A DNA stretch of 63,147 nt, the filler included, from Conidiobolus incongruus B7586 (Eukaryota): assembly GCA_000697335.1 (NCBI GenBank). It is 9 parts of 9 records of this genome, joined end to end, with 100 filler letters (N's around TTAATTAATTAA, not from the genome) between each part and the next. Parts side by side here need not be neighbours in the genome. Positions count along the whole stretch, not along the records: positions 11,719 to 18,575 come from JNEM01005984.1; positions 18,676 to 21,779 come from JNEM01005993.1; positions 21,880 to 23,409 come from JNEM01005994.1; positions 23,510 to 46,152 come from JNEM01005997.1; 5 more parts are not named here. One strand, 5' to 3'. Under the pieces are notes generated by a model. The model was given only the letters and a program-made list of their open reading frames with translations. It was not told the DNA's origin and did not search any database. Of this stretch, positions 15,150 through 28,828 are shown piece after piece. The translations under genes were made by a program, and so were the position numbers. Every line of letters begins with the position of its first letter. Position 1 is the stretch's first letter.

Positions 15150-16293
15150 CAGTAGCATAAATTGTACTTCCTAAGAATAATGAAATATAGCTGTCAAATA
15201 TTCAAATATTATCAAATCAATACTATTTAGTCCAAAACTTGAAAAATTTAACTAAAAGATAAAATCGTCAGTGGTTAGTAATTTTAATAGAGTGTAGTTA
15301 TAAGTACCAATCAAAGTAAGAGTTTTAAGGTTCCCAAATCTTAGTATCATAGAACTTAATATTTTAAAATATGATGAACTATAGTAAAGGGTCAAAAGTG
15401 TAAAATTGGGGAGATGAGAACTTTTGAATCCTGAGCGGAGCCTATTGGGCGGTATATTATTATACCTAATAATCAAATTTAGAATTGAAATGTATTTATT
15501 TAATTGGATATTGCAGAAGTTCCGAGCCTAACAATTGATTTATAATTTCAGTTACTTAAATTGAAGCATTTGATTTACCAATTCAGCAACAACTTCTAAA
15601 ATCTCTAATAGGAGGTTTGATGACAAAAAAGTGTTTGAGGAAGAGTTAACTAAGAGAATCTAAATATACCTATGTTATGCTTGAAATATATTGATTAGAG
15701 ACGAAAGCAAAAGAACCTGACCTTAATAACTGTGTATTATGCTCGGAAGAACTGAGATATTTGATACTAGTGTAGATATCATAGGATTCAAGATTATCAA
15801 TTCCAAGCGTTTTAAACTGGAAGTTTTAAATGGTTGTATTCAGTATTCAAATCGAAATTAATCGAAATGACTGTTCTCTTAAATATTATGATTTTCAATA
15901 CTGATAATCATCATATTAATAAAAGCAATTCAGTTAAATCAATATCAGTTTCTGTAAAATTCAATGTTTGAACATTTTTGAAGCAAATTAATATCATTGA
16001 ATATTTTAAAAACCTACAAATTTGAATAACAGCATCTGTACCAAGCAAGAAATAAATCGAATGAAATACTTAAATTTGAAATTTAATTCTTTCAAATTAT
16101 CAGGCCTTTGAAAATAACTTAATTCTTTAATTAAAACATTAAAAATAAAAAAGTTAGATAATATTGTTGGCTGATGTTGATTTCGAAACAATTGACAAAC
16201 CATACTCAGCACTCTAATCTCACAACTAATGTGATATTGAATGAATTCATACACTTCAAATATTGTAAACTAACCTTTTGCGGGTATATTCAT
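15150..16293 (-). pseudogene. Decayed F-box/LRR-like gene
   Basis: MNIPAKG*FTIFEVYEFIQYHISCEIRVLSMVCQLFRNQHQPTILSN resembles an F-box (TAG probably from TGG). It is followed by broken LxxLxL-rich frames. Left boundary approximate. Confidence 0.5.
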
Positions 16294-19200
16294 TTTAATT
16301 GTTAAATTGATTATGGTAAAGAATATAATTCATCGCAACTATTATTCCTTTAATCTGCTTAGCATTTATTAAATGTTATTTGATCACTATGCGATAAATG
16401 AGTAATCATTATGTAATATTATTATAATTGTTCTTTAAAGCCCCATCATCGACTATCAACCCATCACCAGATACAATCACCATAACTAAGTCGGTGTTGA
16501 AAATCTTAAATTCAAAGCGTATTCAAGATTAATGGATATATCGAAATATATTTCATTGGCAATAAATTATTCTAACCATGATAAGTTTAAATATCATTCG
16601 AGTAAAAAACTCCCTTTTAGTTATTATTCCTAAATAAATGAACTATAATTATGAAAGTATTGCTTTAGTTTTTGAATTAAAATTTATTCAATTTTAATAT
16701 TTAAATTAACAAATCAAACTTAAAAAACCTTTAAATTAATTTTAAAAATTTGAAAAATATTTTTATTTAAAATAATTTTTATTATATAATTAAAATTTAA
16801 AATTTATTTTATTTAAATATTAATGATTAAATCATTATGATATAATTCAATTAATTTTTAAAATTATTAAATTTTATGAAAAAAAAAATACAAAGGAGCT
16901 TTTATAACTATAACTACTGAGATTTATTTAGCATTAAATGACACTCAAAAATATAGTTATTGATAGCGAATAAATGGATTTATATTCATATCTTATGAAT
17001 ATTTATTAGATATTGTTTGAAATAATAAATTTTTATTACCTATAGAAACCAAGTTTGGTAAATAAATTATGAGAAATATTATATAATAGGACAGGAATAT
17101 TCATAATTAAATAGATATGATGAAATTAATATTAATTTTTACTTATGTATTATTAATGTTTAAATTTTTTAAAATTGAACCATATTTTCTCAAATTATTT
17201 AATATCAATTATCAAACTCCTGGAAATAATATTAAGTTTCAAATTTGTCAATTCCTTCAATATTCTCACTTTAATAGAAATATGATTAAGAATAGTCTAA
17301 TATTTTCATTATAGTTAAATCAATTTTGAAGTAATCAAAATTAATTAATTTTAAAGGGACATGGTATTATTGATAATGAGTAGGCGAATAGAGTATTTCG
17401 AACGATGTGAATCTATGAAAATAAGCTTTTTGTTCTTATTTAAAACTGAAAAAAATATGTCCTATAGTATTCAATGGTCAAATGAGTGACTTTGGGACAG
17501 TGGGAACATATTAATTGTGAATAGAGCCAATTTCTTGTGAGGTTTTTGTATTTAGTGATTAAATTCTGAATGAATTAATAAGCGTTGTAATTATAATGGA
17601 ATAAAACTGCTTTAAATAATATATTTGATATAATAATTAGGAAATTATTTGATTCATCATCTGCTCTACAACTATCTGTTTTCTATTGGGGATTATTCTG
17701 TAAAAAATTATTCAACAATTAGCCAATAATAAAAGCCAAATATTTCAACTGTTTGAGATTAAGAAAGAGTTGATTGGATGGATGTAGATATGATACAAAG
17801 TGGAATAACCCTCTATTTTCAGCTATTGTTCTTTGAGTAATACTAACTGAGTATATCTTTCGCAATTCACAGTGCTCAATAGCTAAATATTATATAGAGA
17901 ATAGAAGTATTATACTATTCTCAATAGAAGTCAGGTTAAAATTAATACAAAACATTAAATTTTTGAATTCGATATCATTTAGTTGTGAAAGTTACCCGAT
18001 TTATTTAATTTGGTTAAAAATCTATCAAATTGAGTTAGACATAAGACAATTATATCAGTAGTGTTCAAATAATAAATGGCATTGGCGCATTGTATCTGGT
18101 GGTGGGTTACAAATATCATTAACAAACCCTGGATAAGGCTCAACAAATCAATCAAACCTCTCGAACTAATGATCTAAAGCATTTTTTCAATAGAAGAGTT
18201 CGAATCTTCAAATATTAAATCATAACAAATATAGAACATTTAGAATATTACAGAACTAAAATAATAACCAAATAGTTTACAAATTATACTCAATTAAAAG
18301 TATTCCTTTCTAACAATATAATCTTGTAATTCCTTAACTATTATAAAACAATATTTTCAACTTAAATTGGATAATTATATTAATTCCTTTTGATAATAAA
18401 ATTTAAAATTATTTTATCAAAATAAAGTTTAATATAATAGTATTAAATATGTATTTAATATTATGGAAAAAATAAACAGTCACATTTAACATTCAATACT
18501 CAAAATAGAATTTTATAATGAGATAATTATGAATGAAATAATCAAGTTGGTTAAATATATATATATATATATATANNNNNNNNNNNNNNNNNNNNNNNNN
18601 NNNNNNNNNNNNNNNNNNNTTAATTAATTAANNNNNNNNNNNNNNNNNNNNNNNNNNNNNNNNNNNNNNNNNNNNGTCCATGTATTTATACTAAGGTTAA
18701 AGAACTGGCATCTAAGCTGAATCAATTAATGATCTCCGACTTAATAAGTAATTACTAATCTATTTAAGATTTCAAATATTTTGCACAAAATTCTGGATTA
18801 AAAAGATTTGTACATTTTGGATTTTATCCACCGATTATGTAATATTTAAATATAATTTTGACCAATAAAATAGGTTTTAATCCCTTGAAATAAATTTAAT
18901 ATATTCATTTTCGTACAATAATCAATCTTATGCCCATTGAGTGACTTTCAATTTATTTGAATTCGTGATCCCAGTTTCTAATACTGGTTACCACAAATTG
19001 AATCAAAGTTATCAAATAAATTTATTCAACAATAAAGTTTAGAATGATAAATTGATTACAATTATCTGATGAATATGCTTAATTATGTGGCTTATTAAAT
19101 CTAAACTATTAAGATTATTTCCAAACTAATGGTTGAAAATTTTATATTATAGAAATTCATCAATATTGATATCAAATCTCACAACCAATATATTCTGAAT

Positions 19201-21109
19201 ACTTTAAAGAACTTTTGGTTTGAAGTTTATTAACTAATTATTAGATATATAGTTATAATTTATGGATATATTGATAATATCAAATTAATTATATTATTGA
19301 CCAAATGGAATAATACAATTCAGGCTTGATGAATATTACAAATTTTATGATTAATAATTATAATTCCGAAACAAAATTTTTCTAATATATTAAAAAATTT
19401 CATATATTTAATATTATACTCTAATCAAATTAACTGAATAACAATTTTAAATAGCTTAAAAATCTCAATATAAGATCAGTAATATAGCATATCTGTATTT
19501 TTGATGTTTTAACTATTTCGAAATATGGATTAAATATAAATTTTAAATATTGTATAATAATTCTACGCTTTATTAATTTTACTGTAGCAAATTTATAATG
19601 TAAGGTTGAAAATTATATTTCTATATACTACCTTAATTCAATAAATTAATATTAGAATAATATGAAATATTTTCAGTTGGTTATTATTACTATGAAAATT
19701 ATGAATTATAAATATTTTACTGATATATATAATATAAAGATTGCAATTTTTTCTTTTCAATTAATTATTATTTTAAAGGAAAAATCTATAAATAACTTGG
19801 TAATATTGATTATAAAATTTTTATATAAACTTAATTAATATATATTCATTGAAAGTCGTATAATTAATACCTCTGTTATATAGGTTAATTCATATTATAA
19901 TTTAAAATTTCAATAAGTTTTAATATATATTTCTCAAAATTATATATTTTTATTTAAAATTTTTATTTAAAATTTCTATTTAATAAAGATAAATAAAAAT
20001 ATAAATATTTTTACATGATTAAATCTTTATCCTATTTCTATTATATTATTTAAAAGAAATAGATAATATAAAATTAATATTTTCTTCTATTATCATTAAT
20101 CTATTGATATATTCTTAATCATTTTAATATCTAAAATATAAGATTTTATTTATCAATATATTTATCTATTCTTTGTAAAACTATAATCAGTTGAGTATAT
20201 TCGATATAATTACTTTTAAAATTGTAATTTTAAATTATAAAATTATTCAATTGATATTGTAATTTTTTTTGGAAATAATAAAAATATTTAATTTTGTTAA
20301 GAGACTAGTTTTTAACACTCTTATATATAATTCTATATAATTTATACTTTACAATTTAATTTGGTTTTATAAATAATATTAATCTAACTGATATATGGTT
20401 TTTTTGAGTTAAATTTTTATTACTTCTAATATTTTATCATTATTTTCTTAAAGGATTTATCGATTGATATTATAATTTATTAATATTATATAATATAAAA
20501 TATAATATATATCAACATATCTATTTATAAAGCTTAAATAAACATTGTTTACTTAGATATTAAATTTCAATATCAATCTCAAATTTTGTCCTTTTTTTAT
20601 ATTATATTGGATTTATAATTATTATATGTTTAATTATTAAATATTTTTGGGACAATTTAATTTATTATTACTATTATTATTTAAATTAACTAAATATTAT
20701 AATTAATGATTAAAATAATATTAATAGTTTTATTATTAAATTAAATATTATTAAATATTGATATATAAAAATAGTAATATTACTATTATTAAAAATCTTT
20801 TTATTATTATTTCAAAAAACAAAATATTATATTTGAATTTTATTTTAAAATCTTGTTTTTTATAATTATATAGGTTTCAAAATGTCAAAAATTGATATTG
20901 GGTTTAGTGTTGTTGAAAGTCATCCTTTTAGATAAAAGTTGTCAGATTTGATTATAAATATACTATAAATAAATATGGAACTAAAAAAGAGAAATATTTA
21001 TTACTTTAAAAAATAACATATATATATTATAGAAAATATAACTAAAAATATTAGTTACATTTATTAAAATATTATTTATTAACAAAAACATACTTAATTT
21101 TATAACTTT

Positions 21110-21779
21110 TATATACTAGCTTGCAAAAATGAGTTATAAAATTAAAAATATAAATATTTCTTTTAATATCTTATTCAATTCCAATTTAAATAAGCTTATA
21201 TTAAATTATGTAATAAATATATATTTTTTATTTATAATATAATATATAAAGTTAAATTTAATTAACTATTAATTGATATATTAAAACTAAAAATATATTT
21301 AAGATAAGTTATAAAATTATAAGTTTTAATGTTGATAAAAAAATTAATATCTAGTATATCTACTTTTTTTTTCTAACCTCTTTAAGTTTATAAGATATAA
21401 AGTCAATTTTTAAATTAAACAAAACTAATATTATTTTAAGCTTCTTAAATATACTCTTAAAGTTGATTTAAATTTTTTATTAAAAAAAACTTTAATTGAT
21501 TTTTTTAATTAATCTTAAAGATATTTAATTGGGTTAAAATTAAAAAATTGAGGAGGTTATTTTATAATAATTATATTATTATTTTTAAACTATTTAATAG
21601 TATAATTTATATATTAACTTGAAAGAATAATTTATAAAATCAAATATATATATATTTTAATTAATAATTAAAATAATTATATATATTAAATTACTTGAAA
21701 TTATAATATATAATTAAAGTATATTATTTGATAATAAATAAATATATTAAAATATATTTAGTAAATTATTAGTAAAAAT
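21110..21779. repeat. Additional partial copies of the 21.9-23.4 kb element
   Basis: 21110-21600 is a direct repeat of ~21908-22410 (atatacta(g/a)cttgcaaaaa...atactcttaaagttgattta). ~21680-21779 matches 61265-61360 (attacttgaaattataatatata...). Confidence 0.75.
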
Positions 21780-21879
21780 NNNNNNNNNNNNNNNNNNNNN
21801 NNNNNNNNNNNNNNNNNNNNNNNTTAATTAATTAANNNNNNNNNNNNNNNNNNNNNNNNNNNNNNNNNNNNNNNNNNNN

Positions 21880-23409
21880 TAAAAAAGTTATAATTTATTT
21901 TGAATATATATACTAACTTGCAAAAAAAATTCATAAAATTAAAAATATATATATTTCTATTAATATCTTAATCAATTTTAATTTAAATAAACTTATATTA
22001 AATTATATAATTAATATATATTTTTTAATTATAATATAATATATATATAGTTAAATTTAATTAATTATTAATTGATGTATTAACACTAAAAGTATACTTA
22101 AAGTGAGTTATAAATTTGTGGGTTTTAGTATTGATAGAAAAATTAATATCTAGTATATCTACCTTTTGCTTTTCTAATTTCTTTAAGTTTGTGGGGTATA
22201 AAGTTAACTAGCTTTTTATATTAGGTAAGATTAATATTATTGTAAGCTTTTTAAATATACTCTTAAAGTTGATTTAAATTTTTTACTAGGGGGAAAGCTT
22301 TAATTAATTTTTTTAGTTAATCCCAAAGATATTTAATTAGGTTAAGATTAAAAGATTAAAGAGGTTATTTCATAATAGTTATTTTGTTATTTTTAAACCA
22401 TTTAATAATAGAATTTGTAGTATAACAATATGTATTATCTTGTTAAAAAATAATATTTGATTTTTTTAATCTATACTACTCAATTGTTTTTTTCAATTTA
22501 TTGTTTAAAATACTTTAGTATATCTCAGTATTAATTCTATTATTAACCTTATAAAGATACCCTATACCTAAAGATAATATATATCCCTAAACTATAATTA
22601 ACCCACTATTGTATTTTTAGGTTATAATAACATAATGGTTATAAAGTAGTTTTTTATCTTTTTTGAAATCTCTAACTCTTCTATTAAATCTATTAAATTT
22701 ATTAAAATATATTTTTGTTTCATTAAACTAAATAACCTTACTCTAGTTAGTTTTAGTTCAACTTTAGTGTTGACATTTAAACTTTTACCTAGTTTTATAA
22801 TAGGATTTTTTTAGTTAGGGGTGTTTTTTCTTAAAGTGTAAGTGGTATCTATTTTAATATAAAGTACATATAATAATATTAGTACTAACTAATATTCCTA
22901 CATAGTTATATAATTCTTGTTACACTTTTATAGTAATATTATATTTACCTGTACTAACTAATCTACAAATATATTTTTTATTATACTTATCTATAATTTT
23001 AACACACTTAAGTTTTAGTTTAGGTGTTTCTTTAGCATTATTCTTAATAACCCTAACTATAGTAGATTAGCTAACACTAGTAATTCTAACAATATCACTA
23101 GATAATTCATCTTTTTTATAAAGTTAATTAATTTGTAAGTGAACTTTTTTAGAGAGAGATTTAGGTATTATAATATTAATTTTAAAATATTAACTTAATA
23201 GTTTTATAATATATATAATATAACAAAAGAAAAAGAAGATATATATAAGTTTTTTATTTATAACCCTTTAACTTATAAAACCATAAATTTATAACTCACC
23301 TTGGTTAAATTTTAGGTTTTGATATATTAACCAATAGCTAATGTAATATATTTAAATATAGTTAGTTATAATCAATTAATATAGGTAAATTATATATTTT
23401 AATTTAAAT
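21880..23409. mobile_element. Degenerate element with subterminal inverted repeats (probable DNA-transposon relic), copy A
   Basis: Collinear with the reverse complement of 61265-63147. Inverted motif gtgagttataaatttgtgggtttt (22103-22126) / aaaaccataaatttataactcac (23277-23299). No intact ORF. Confidence 0.7.
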
Positions 23410-23509
23410 NNNNNNNNNNNNNNNNNNNNNNNNNNNNNNNNNNNNNNNNNNNNTTAATTAATTAANNNNNNNNNNNNNNNNNNNNNNNNNNNNNNNNNNN
23501 NNNNNNNNN

Positions 23510-24366
23510 TCCAACTTGTATTTGAAGAAAAAATCGCCCGTAGGATTGTCAAGGAAGCAGCGTACAACTACCCCTTCAATGGGTCTGCCATCGTAGTGAC
23601 CTTGAGCTGCTTGCAACTGCTCAAACATTTTAAATACATCTTGAATGGAATGATAAGTATCGTATTTGACACTTAAAAATCCAAACATCTTGGCAACTTC
23701 AATCACCTTTTCCATGGGCCAGGTAGCAAATTCGGGCTGATTCAGATTTACACCATGCAAATACAGGCCTGTATGTTGCTTTGAATAAGGTAAAATATGC
23801 TCTTCAAAGTCATCATCACATAATTCAAAGCACAAGGTCACCTGATTTTCTTGTAAAAATTGGATTAAGTCATGTTCTGTTGCATTTACTCGGCTTAAGT
23901 GCTTCTTGAGCCAATATTTACCACGCTCAGCATGGTCACTAGCTAGTGAATGCTTGCTAGCTACAACTAATTGATTCTGAAAGCTTGAAACGAAGATAAT
24001 ACATCCGTTCTCTTTGACTGTAACAATGAATGGACCCTTTGCATTTTGGATCAAGTATTCTCTCTTGGTGGATGCTACTTCATTCAAGTTGAAAAATTTG
24101 TTATACCCTCGAATTACAATTGTAGGCTCAGGATCGTCTACAGTGAATAAGCCTCTCGCCATTGTGGGAAATGGATTATTAGGCTTCTTGTACATAAATT
24201 CATTCATTTTCCAACTGACAAATTTGACATGATTGATTTCATGCTGGGTACACGTAATAGGTCTGGAGAATCTCTTCAAACTATCGGAACCATCGACGAT
24301 ACTCTTTAGTTGGTTGATTAGTTTGACCACCTGCTTTGATCTGGATTTATCCATCTTTTTAGACAT
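23510..24366 (-). CDS. TRL1: Fungal tRNA ligase Trl1, N-terminal adenylyltransferase domain; 3' part lost in gap
   Basis: Motifs ARGLF, RGYNKFFN, motif I KENG, SKHS, FELCDDDFEEH, LHGVN, motif IV EGVVVR, motif V FFFKYK. First ATG at 24366; no intron in the visible part. Confidence 0.92.
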
Positions 24367-25527
24367 AGTCAATATAACTAATTATTCAATATCTGATTAG
24401 TATTTATTACTTTAAATCTCCACATCTTCTTCAATTTATCTTATTTGGATTGATTTTAATAAATATGGGACCATTTTAATAACAATTAAACAATTTATTC
24501 AGTAACTTTCATCCAAAAATATTTTTTTAAATTCACACAAATGATAAAATGATGAAAGAATTGTATATATTTATATCAGAGTTCTTTCAGTGGAACTAGA
24601 CTTTTATTCTATTAAACTCAAAAATTATAATATCTAACTAACTATGATTCCTATTTTAAAGGTAATCAATCATTTAATTCCATAGGGACAGGTCTAATGT
24701 AAGAATTTAATAATTTAAATTATACGCTATATCTAAAATGATATAAATAGAAAAATAATCATAAGATTTATTTTTATATAATATAAGGTTTTTAAGTATT
24801 AATTGAGTTTTATTATTATCTTAATATCAAACCTCCATATTGTAGGAATTATAAGTTATTTGAAATTCCATATAATTTTAAATTAATTATTGGTCTTGGT
24901 TATTTTTTAAAGTCAACTGGTCTTTTATTTGTTTAAAAAACCAATATTACTTTGCAGTAATAAGTTTAAATTATTTTATCAAATATATCTATTTTAATTA
25001 ATTTATATTTTACAATATTTAGTAATATTCAATTCACTATGAGTTTCAATAATATCAACGTGTTCAATGTGCTTTTGGAAAGCATTTGCTTTAATAATTT
25101 TTAGATTAACAAATGAAAATAATTCATATTATATAATCTAATAACCACTCTTTAGATAATTATATATTTTTATAGTCTTAATTGGATTTAATTCACAAAT
25201 ATGGTATTACTTCAAAATGATAATGAAATTACATAATTACACTTTATTTTATATAACATAATGCTTAATATATATTCATATAAATACATTTAAACCTATT
25301 ACTTTCAGATACATTATCTTTTTTATTTAAATCTCAAAATTAATTATTATTAAAACAAAATTGATTTAATTTCCCTAAATTTATATATTTTTTTCTAATT
25401 ATTTGTTTTCTATTTCAAATCCCATAACTGACTACAATGATCAATATAGAATTCATTTTATTAATATAACCATTTAATTCATTTTTAAACAATTTTAAAC
25501 TAGTAAATAACAAAAAAATAATTCAAA

Positions 25528-26825
25528 ATGGAACAATTATTAAAGTGGTCACTTGCCAATAGTAAACCCGAAGAGTTGGTTAATCAAGCTAAAAAAGATA
25601 ACGAACCAGGCAAAAAGATTGTAATTTTAAAAATATTCAATTTGGATTATTACTCATAAATTTGTTTAGGATACCTCTATCATTGACCATATTTTGGGAA
25701 AAGATGAAGCTACTCAAATGGTCGGTAAGTATTTAAATTGTGGCAATATTAAAATATATTTTAATTAATTTAATTTTATTGCAGAAGCTATGCAAGTTAT
25801 TGCTCACCCTGAGACCAGTTTAGAAAATAAGGAAGTTGCATTTGATAATTTAGAAATGGTAATTTAGAATATATTAAACAAATGAGAATAATTAATCTTA
25901 TAATATTTTTTTATTGCTTTTAGTTGGTTGAACATATTGATAACGCTAAAAGTAAGTTTGATTTATAATTAATAATAAGTTATATTTATTCAATTTTTAA
26001 TAGACCTTGAACCTCTTAAATTATGGGAACCTTTAATCGCTCTCTTAGAACACGATGAACCCGTAATGAGAAAATATGCCGCTTGGGTTTGCGCTACTGC
26101 TACTCAAAATAATCCTCAAGCTCAAAAGAATGTAATTAAACTATTCAATTATTTAATTTTTATATTTTAATCAATTCTATAAATAGTTTTTAGATCACAA
26201 TGGTTTACAAGCTTTAATTAAATGCTTAAAAAATGAGAAAGTATTGGAAGTCCGCAAGAAGTGTATTTATGCTATTTCCTGTAAGTTATTAACCCAAATG
26301 AGGAATTTCTATGATGTATTAATCATTGTATTTTAGGCTCCATTCGTCATTATCAGGATGCGTTGACTCAATTCCAAGTTTTGAGTGGCTTCCAATTACT
26401 TAGCGAAATTTTGAAAGATCAAAGTAAATTTAATATAACTTTACTTAATTATTGTTTGATATTGATTACATATTATTAGATGAAAACGAAAATGTCAAAT
26501 CAAGAATTGTATTTTTATTCAATTCATTGGTCGTTGATGAACCCACTATTTTATCAGTTTTCAAAGAATTTGAAATTTTTGAAAATTTATTAAACAACTT
26601 GAAGGAAGGTTACGGTGGTGAAGATTTCACTGAGAAGGTATATATTTATCAATGACTTAAATAGCTCTATTTATTAATTTATTTGTTTAGACACTCCAAT
26701 TCTTCAATACTTCTAAAGGCCTTGATGTTAATCAAAAGGCTCAATTGAAAGAATTGATTCCCAAATTCCAAGATCAATACCCTGAAATTTTGAGTGCTCC
26801 TGAATGGGCCGAATTAACTGCTTAA
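25528..26825 (+). CDS. FES1: Hsp70 nucleotide exchange factor Fes1/HspBP1 (armadillo-type), multi-exon
   Basis: Spliced product MEQLLKWSLANS...[33 protein letters not shown]...AAWVCATATQNNPQAQ...RKKCIYAISCSIRH. Stop at 26823-26825. Confidence 0.92.
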
Positions 26826-27499
26826 ATAGATCCATAATATAAAAATTGCTATTGATTCATGTATAAATATCATTTTCATAATTCACAACATTGATTTATT
26901 AGTTTCAACTGCACAGAATTTTAAATCATATTTTTCATCGTGTTTGATAATATTTGTGTAGTTTGATTAATTTCAATATCCAAAGTTTACAAGTTTATTT
27001 TGATTATTAATATAATTTGTTCAAATTATATTATGATATCAACATTTCAAATGAATGATTTTTTATTCCTTAATAAGCCATAGCAATTTCATTCAACCTC
27101 ACTTTTAAATAATTCACATTTAATTGAGTACTATACAAGCTAACATTGAGAGTTCAAATCAATTATTATCAAATTCAAAAATCAAATTCGAATGATAAAA
27201 TGAGAGGCTTTAATTAGATACTATGTAAACCAAAAAATAAAGTAGCTTTTCTTAAAATTTTTTATTAAGAGATGTATAATAGGGATCATATAATTAAGTA
27301 ACATTATTTTATATTAATCAAATTAATAATATCAATTTTAAATTATTCATCCAAATTTCAACTTCAATTGTTTTGATCAATCCACCAGCCTTTATAACCA
27401 TCCCATAAATCAATAGGAATTTAACCAGTATTATTGAGAATCCAGTCCAATGCATTGATTATATTGAGTTTAACTTTGAATAATAATAATAATAATAAA

Positions 27500-27986
27500 A
27501 TGTCTAGTTCGAAATCTAACGATCCCAGAAGAATTGATCAAGTTATTCACTTCCACATCCCAGTTGAAATTCAACCAGATCAAGCAGATAATGAATTATT
27601 CACAGTCGGAGCTGTTTTATTATGTAAATAACATTATTTATTCATACATAATTTTTTTTACTCATTTCCATCTCTATTTAGCTTTATTAGGTTTCGTTAT
27701 GAGAGTAAGTTATTCAATATATTAATCAAATATATAGTTCTATTGATAATAATTCTCAATTTTTAGAATCGTTGGGCCAGTTGGGGTTCACTATTTTTAG
27801 CTCTCTGTGGCTCTATTAATGAAAAAGTTTTAACTAGTTCTAACGAGAAGAAACCTTTCTGGACTACTTTTATGTAAATTATTTCTTTAGTTATAGAATT
27901 ATATTTAACAATATTTTAGGTTTGCTATTGTCAGTTTAACTATTCAATACATCCCTTTATTGTTAGAACCTCAATTGATGGATTAA
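27500..27986 (+). CDS. Asterix/PAT10 (WDR83OS, UPF0139) small ER membrane protein, 4 exons
   Basis: MSSSKSNDPRRIDQVIHF...LLSLLGFVMRNRWASWGSLFLALCGSIN...MFAIVSLTIQYIP. The DPRR start and W..W motif fit the family. Confidence 0.8.
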
Positions 27987-28828
27987 AATATTCTATTTTG
28001 TATTATCATAACTAATTTAAATACCATTTTAAAAAATTTTTGATTATAGATATTCAAATTATCCAATTGCTATATCTATTATTAAATGACAATGATCAGT
28101 AATTTCAAATTATGTCATTTCTCTAAACATCATTAGCTCAATAACCATGATGTTGTCATTTAATTATTGATATGTTTTTACTATAGCTCATTCGTTATTA
28201 CATATATTATTATTAATTAAATTTTTCATATTATTTCATAATGATTATTGAAATTGCAATTTTTTAAATTCTGATGAATAATGAATTAGTAATTGATAAT
28301 TAGCATTTATCATAAGCTAAATCTATATATTATCAATATTGGCAATTAAATAAATTATTATGTAATTTTAATATGGTGAATATTCAAGTATCATTTTGTC
28401 ATATTAGCATTAAGATGAAATATAATATACATAATGTGAATACCTAACCTATAACCAATTTTAGTTTGAGATAGTTTGAATTTTAATGAATTTATCAATC
28501 ATGAGGAATTTTAAACTTATTAAACCTCTAAGATTACTGATTTCATTTGGTTTGGAAAATGGAAAAATGCAAAGTTGATCAAATTATATATTGAGACTTG
28601 AATGGTTAGATATTGGTATAATTATTTTCAAAATCCAAATAAGTAATTTAAATTACACTTTAAAAATTAGGACTTATAGTATTTTAAATCAAATCTAAAG
28701 AAATTCATCAATAAAATGTATTGTTATTCAAAGTATACCTAATTTTTATTTCTGATGTAATATCCAATTATTTATAAACGTCCAAGTTTCGGAGGGAAAT
28801 CAGTAGTGGAAAAGTAGGTAATTAACAA

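Noticed and set aside
18555..18575. (AT)n run
   Set aside because: Ordinary microsatellite at a contig end.
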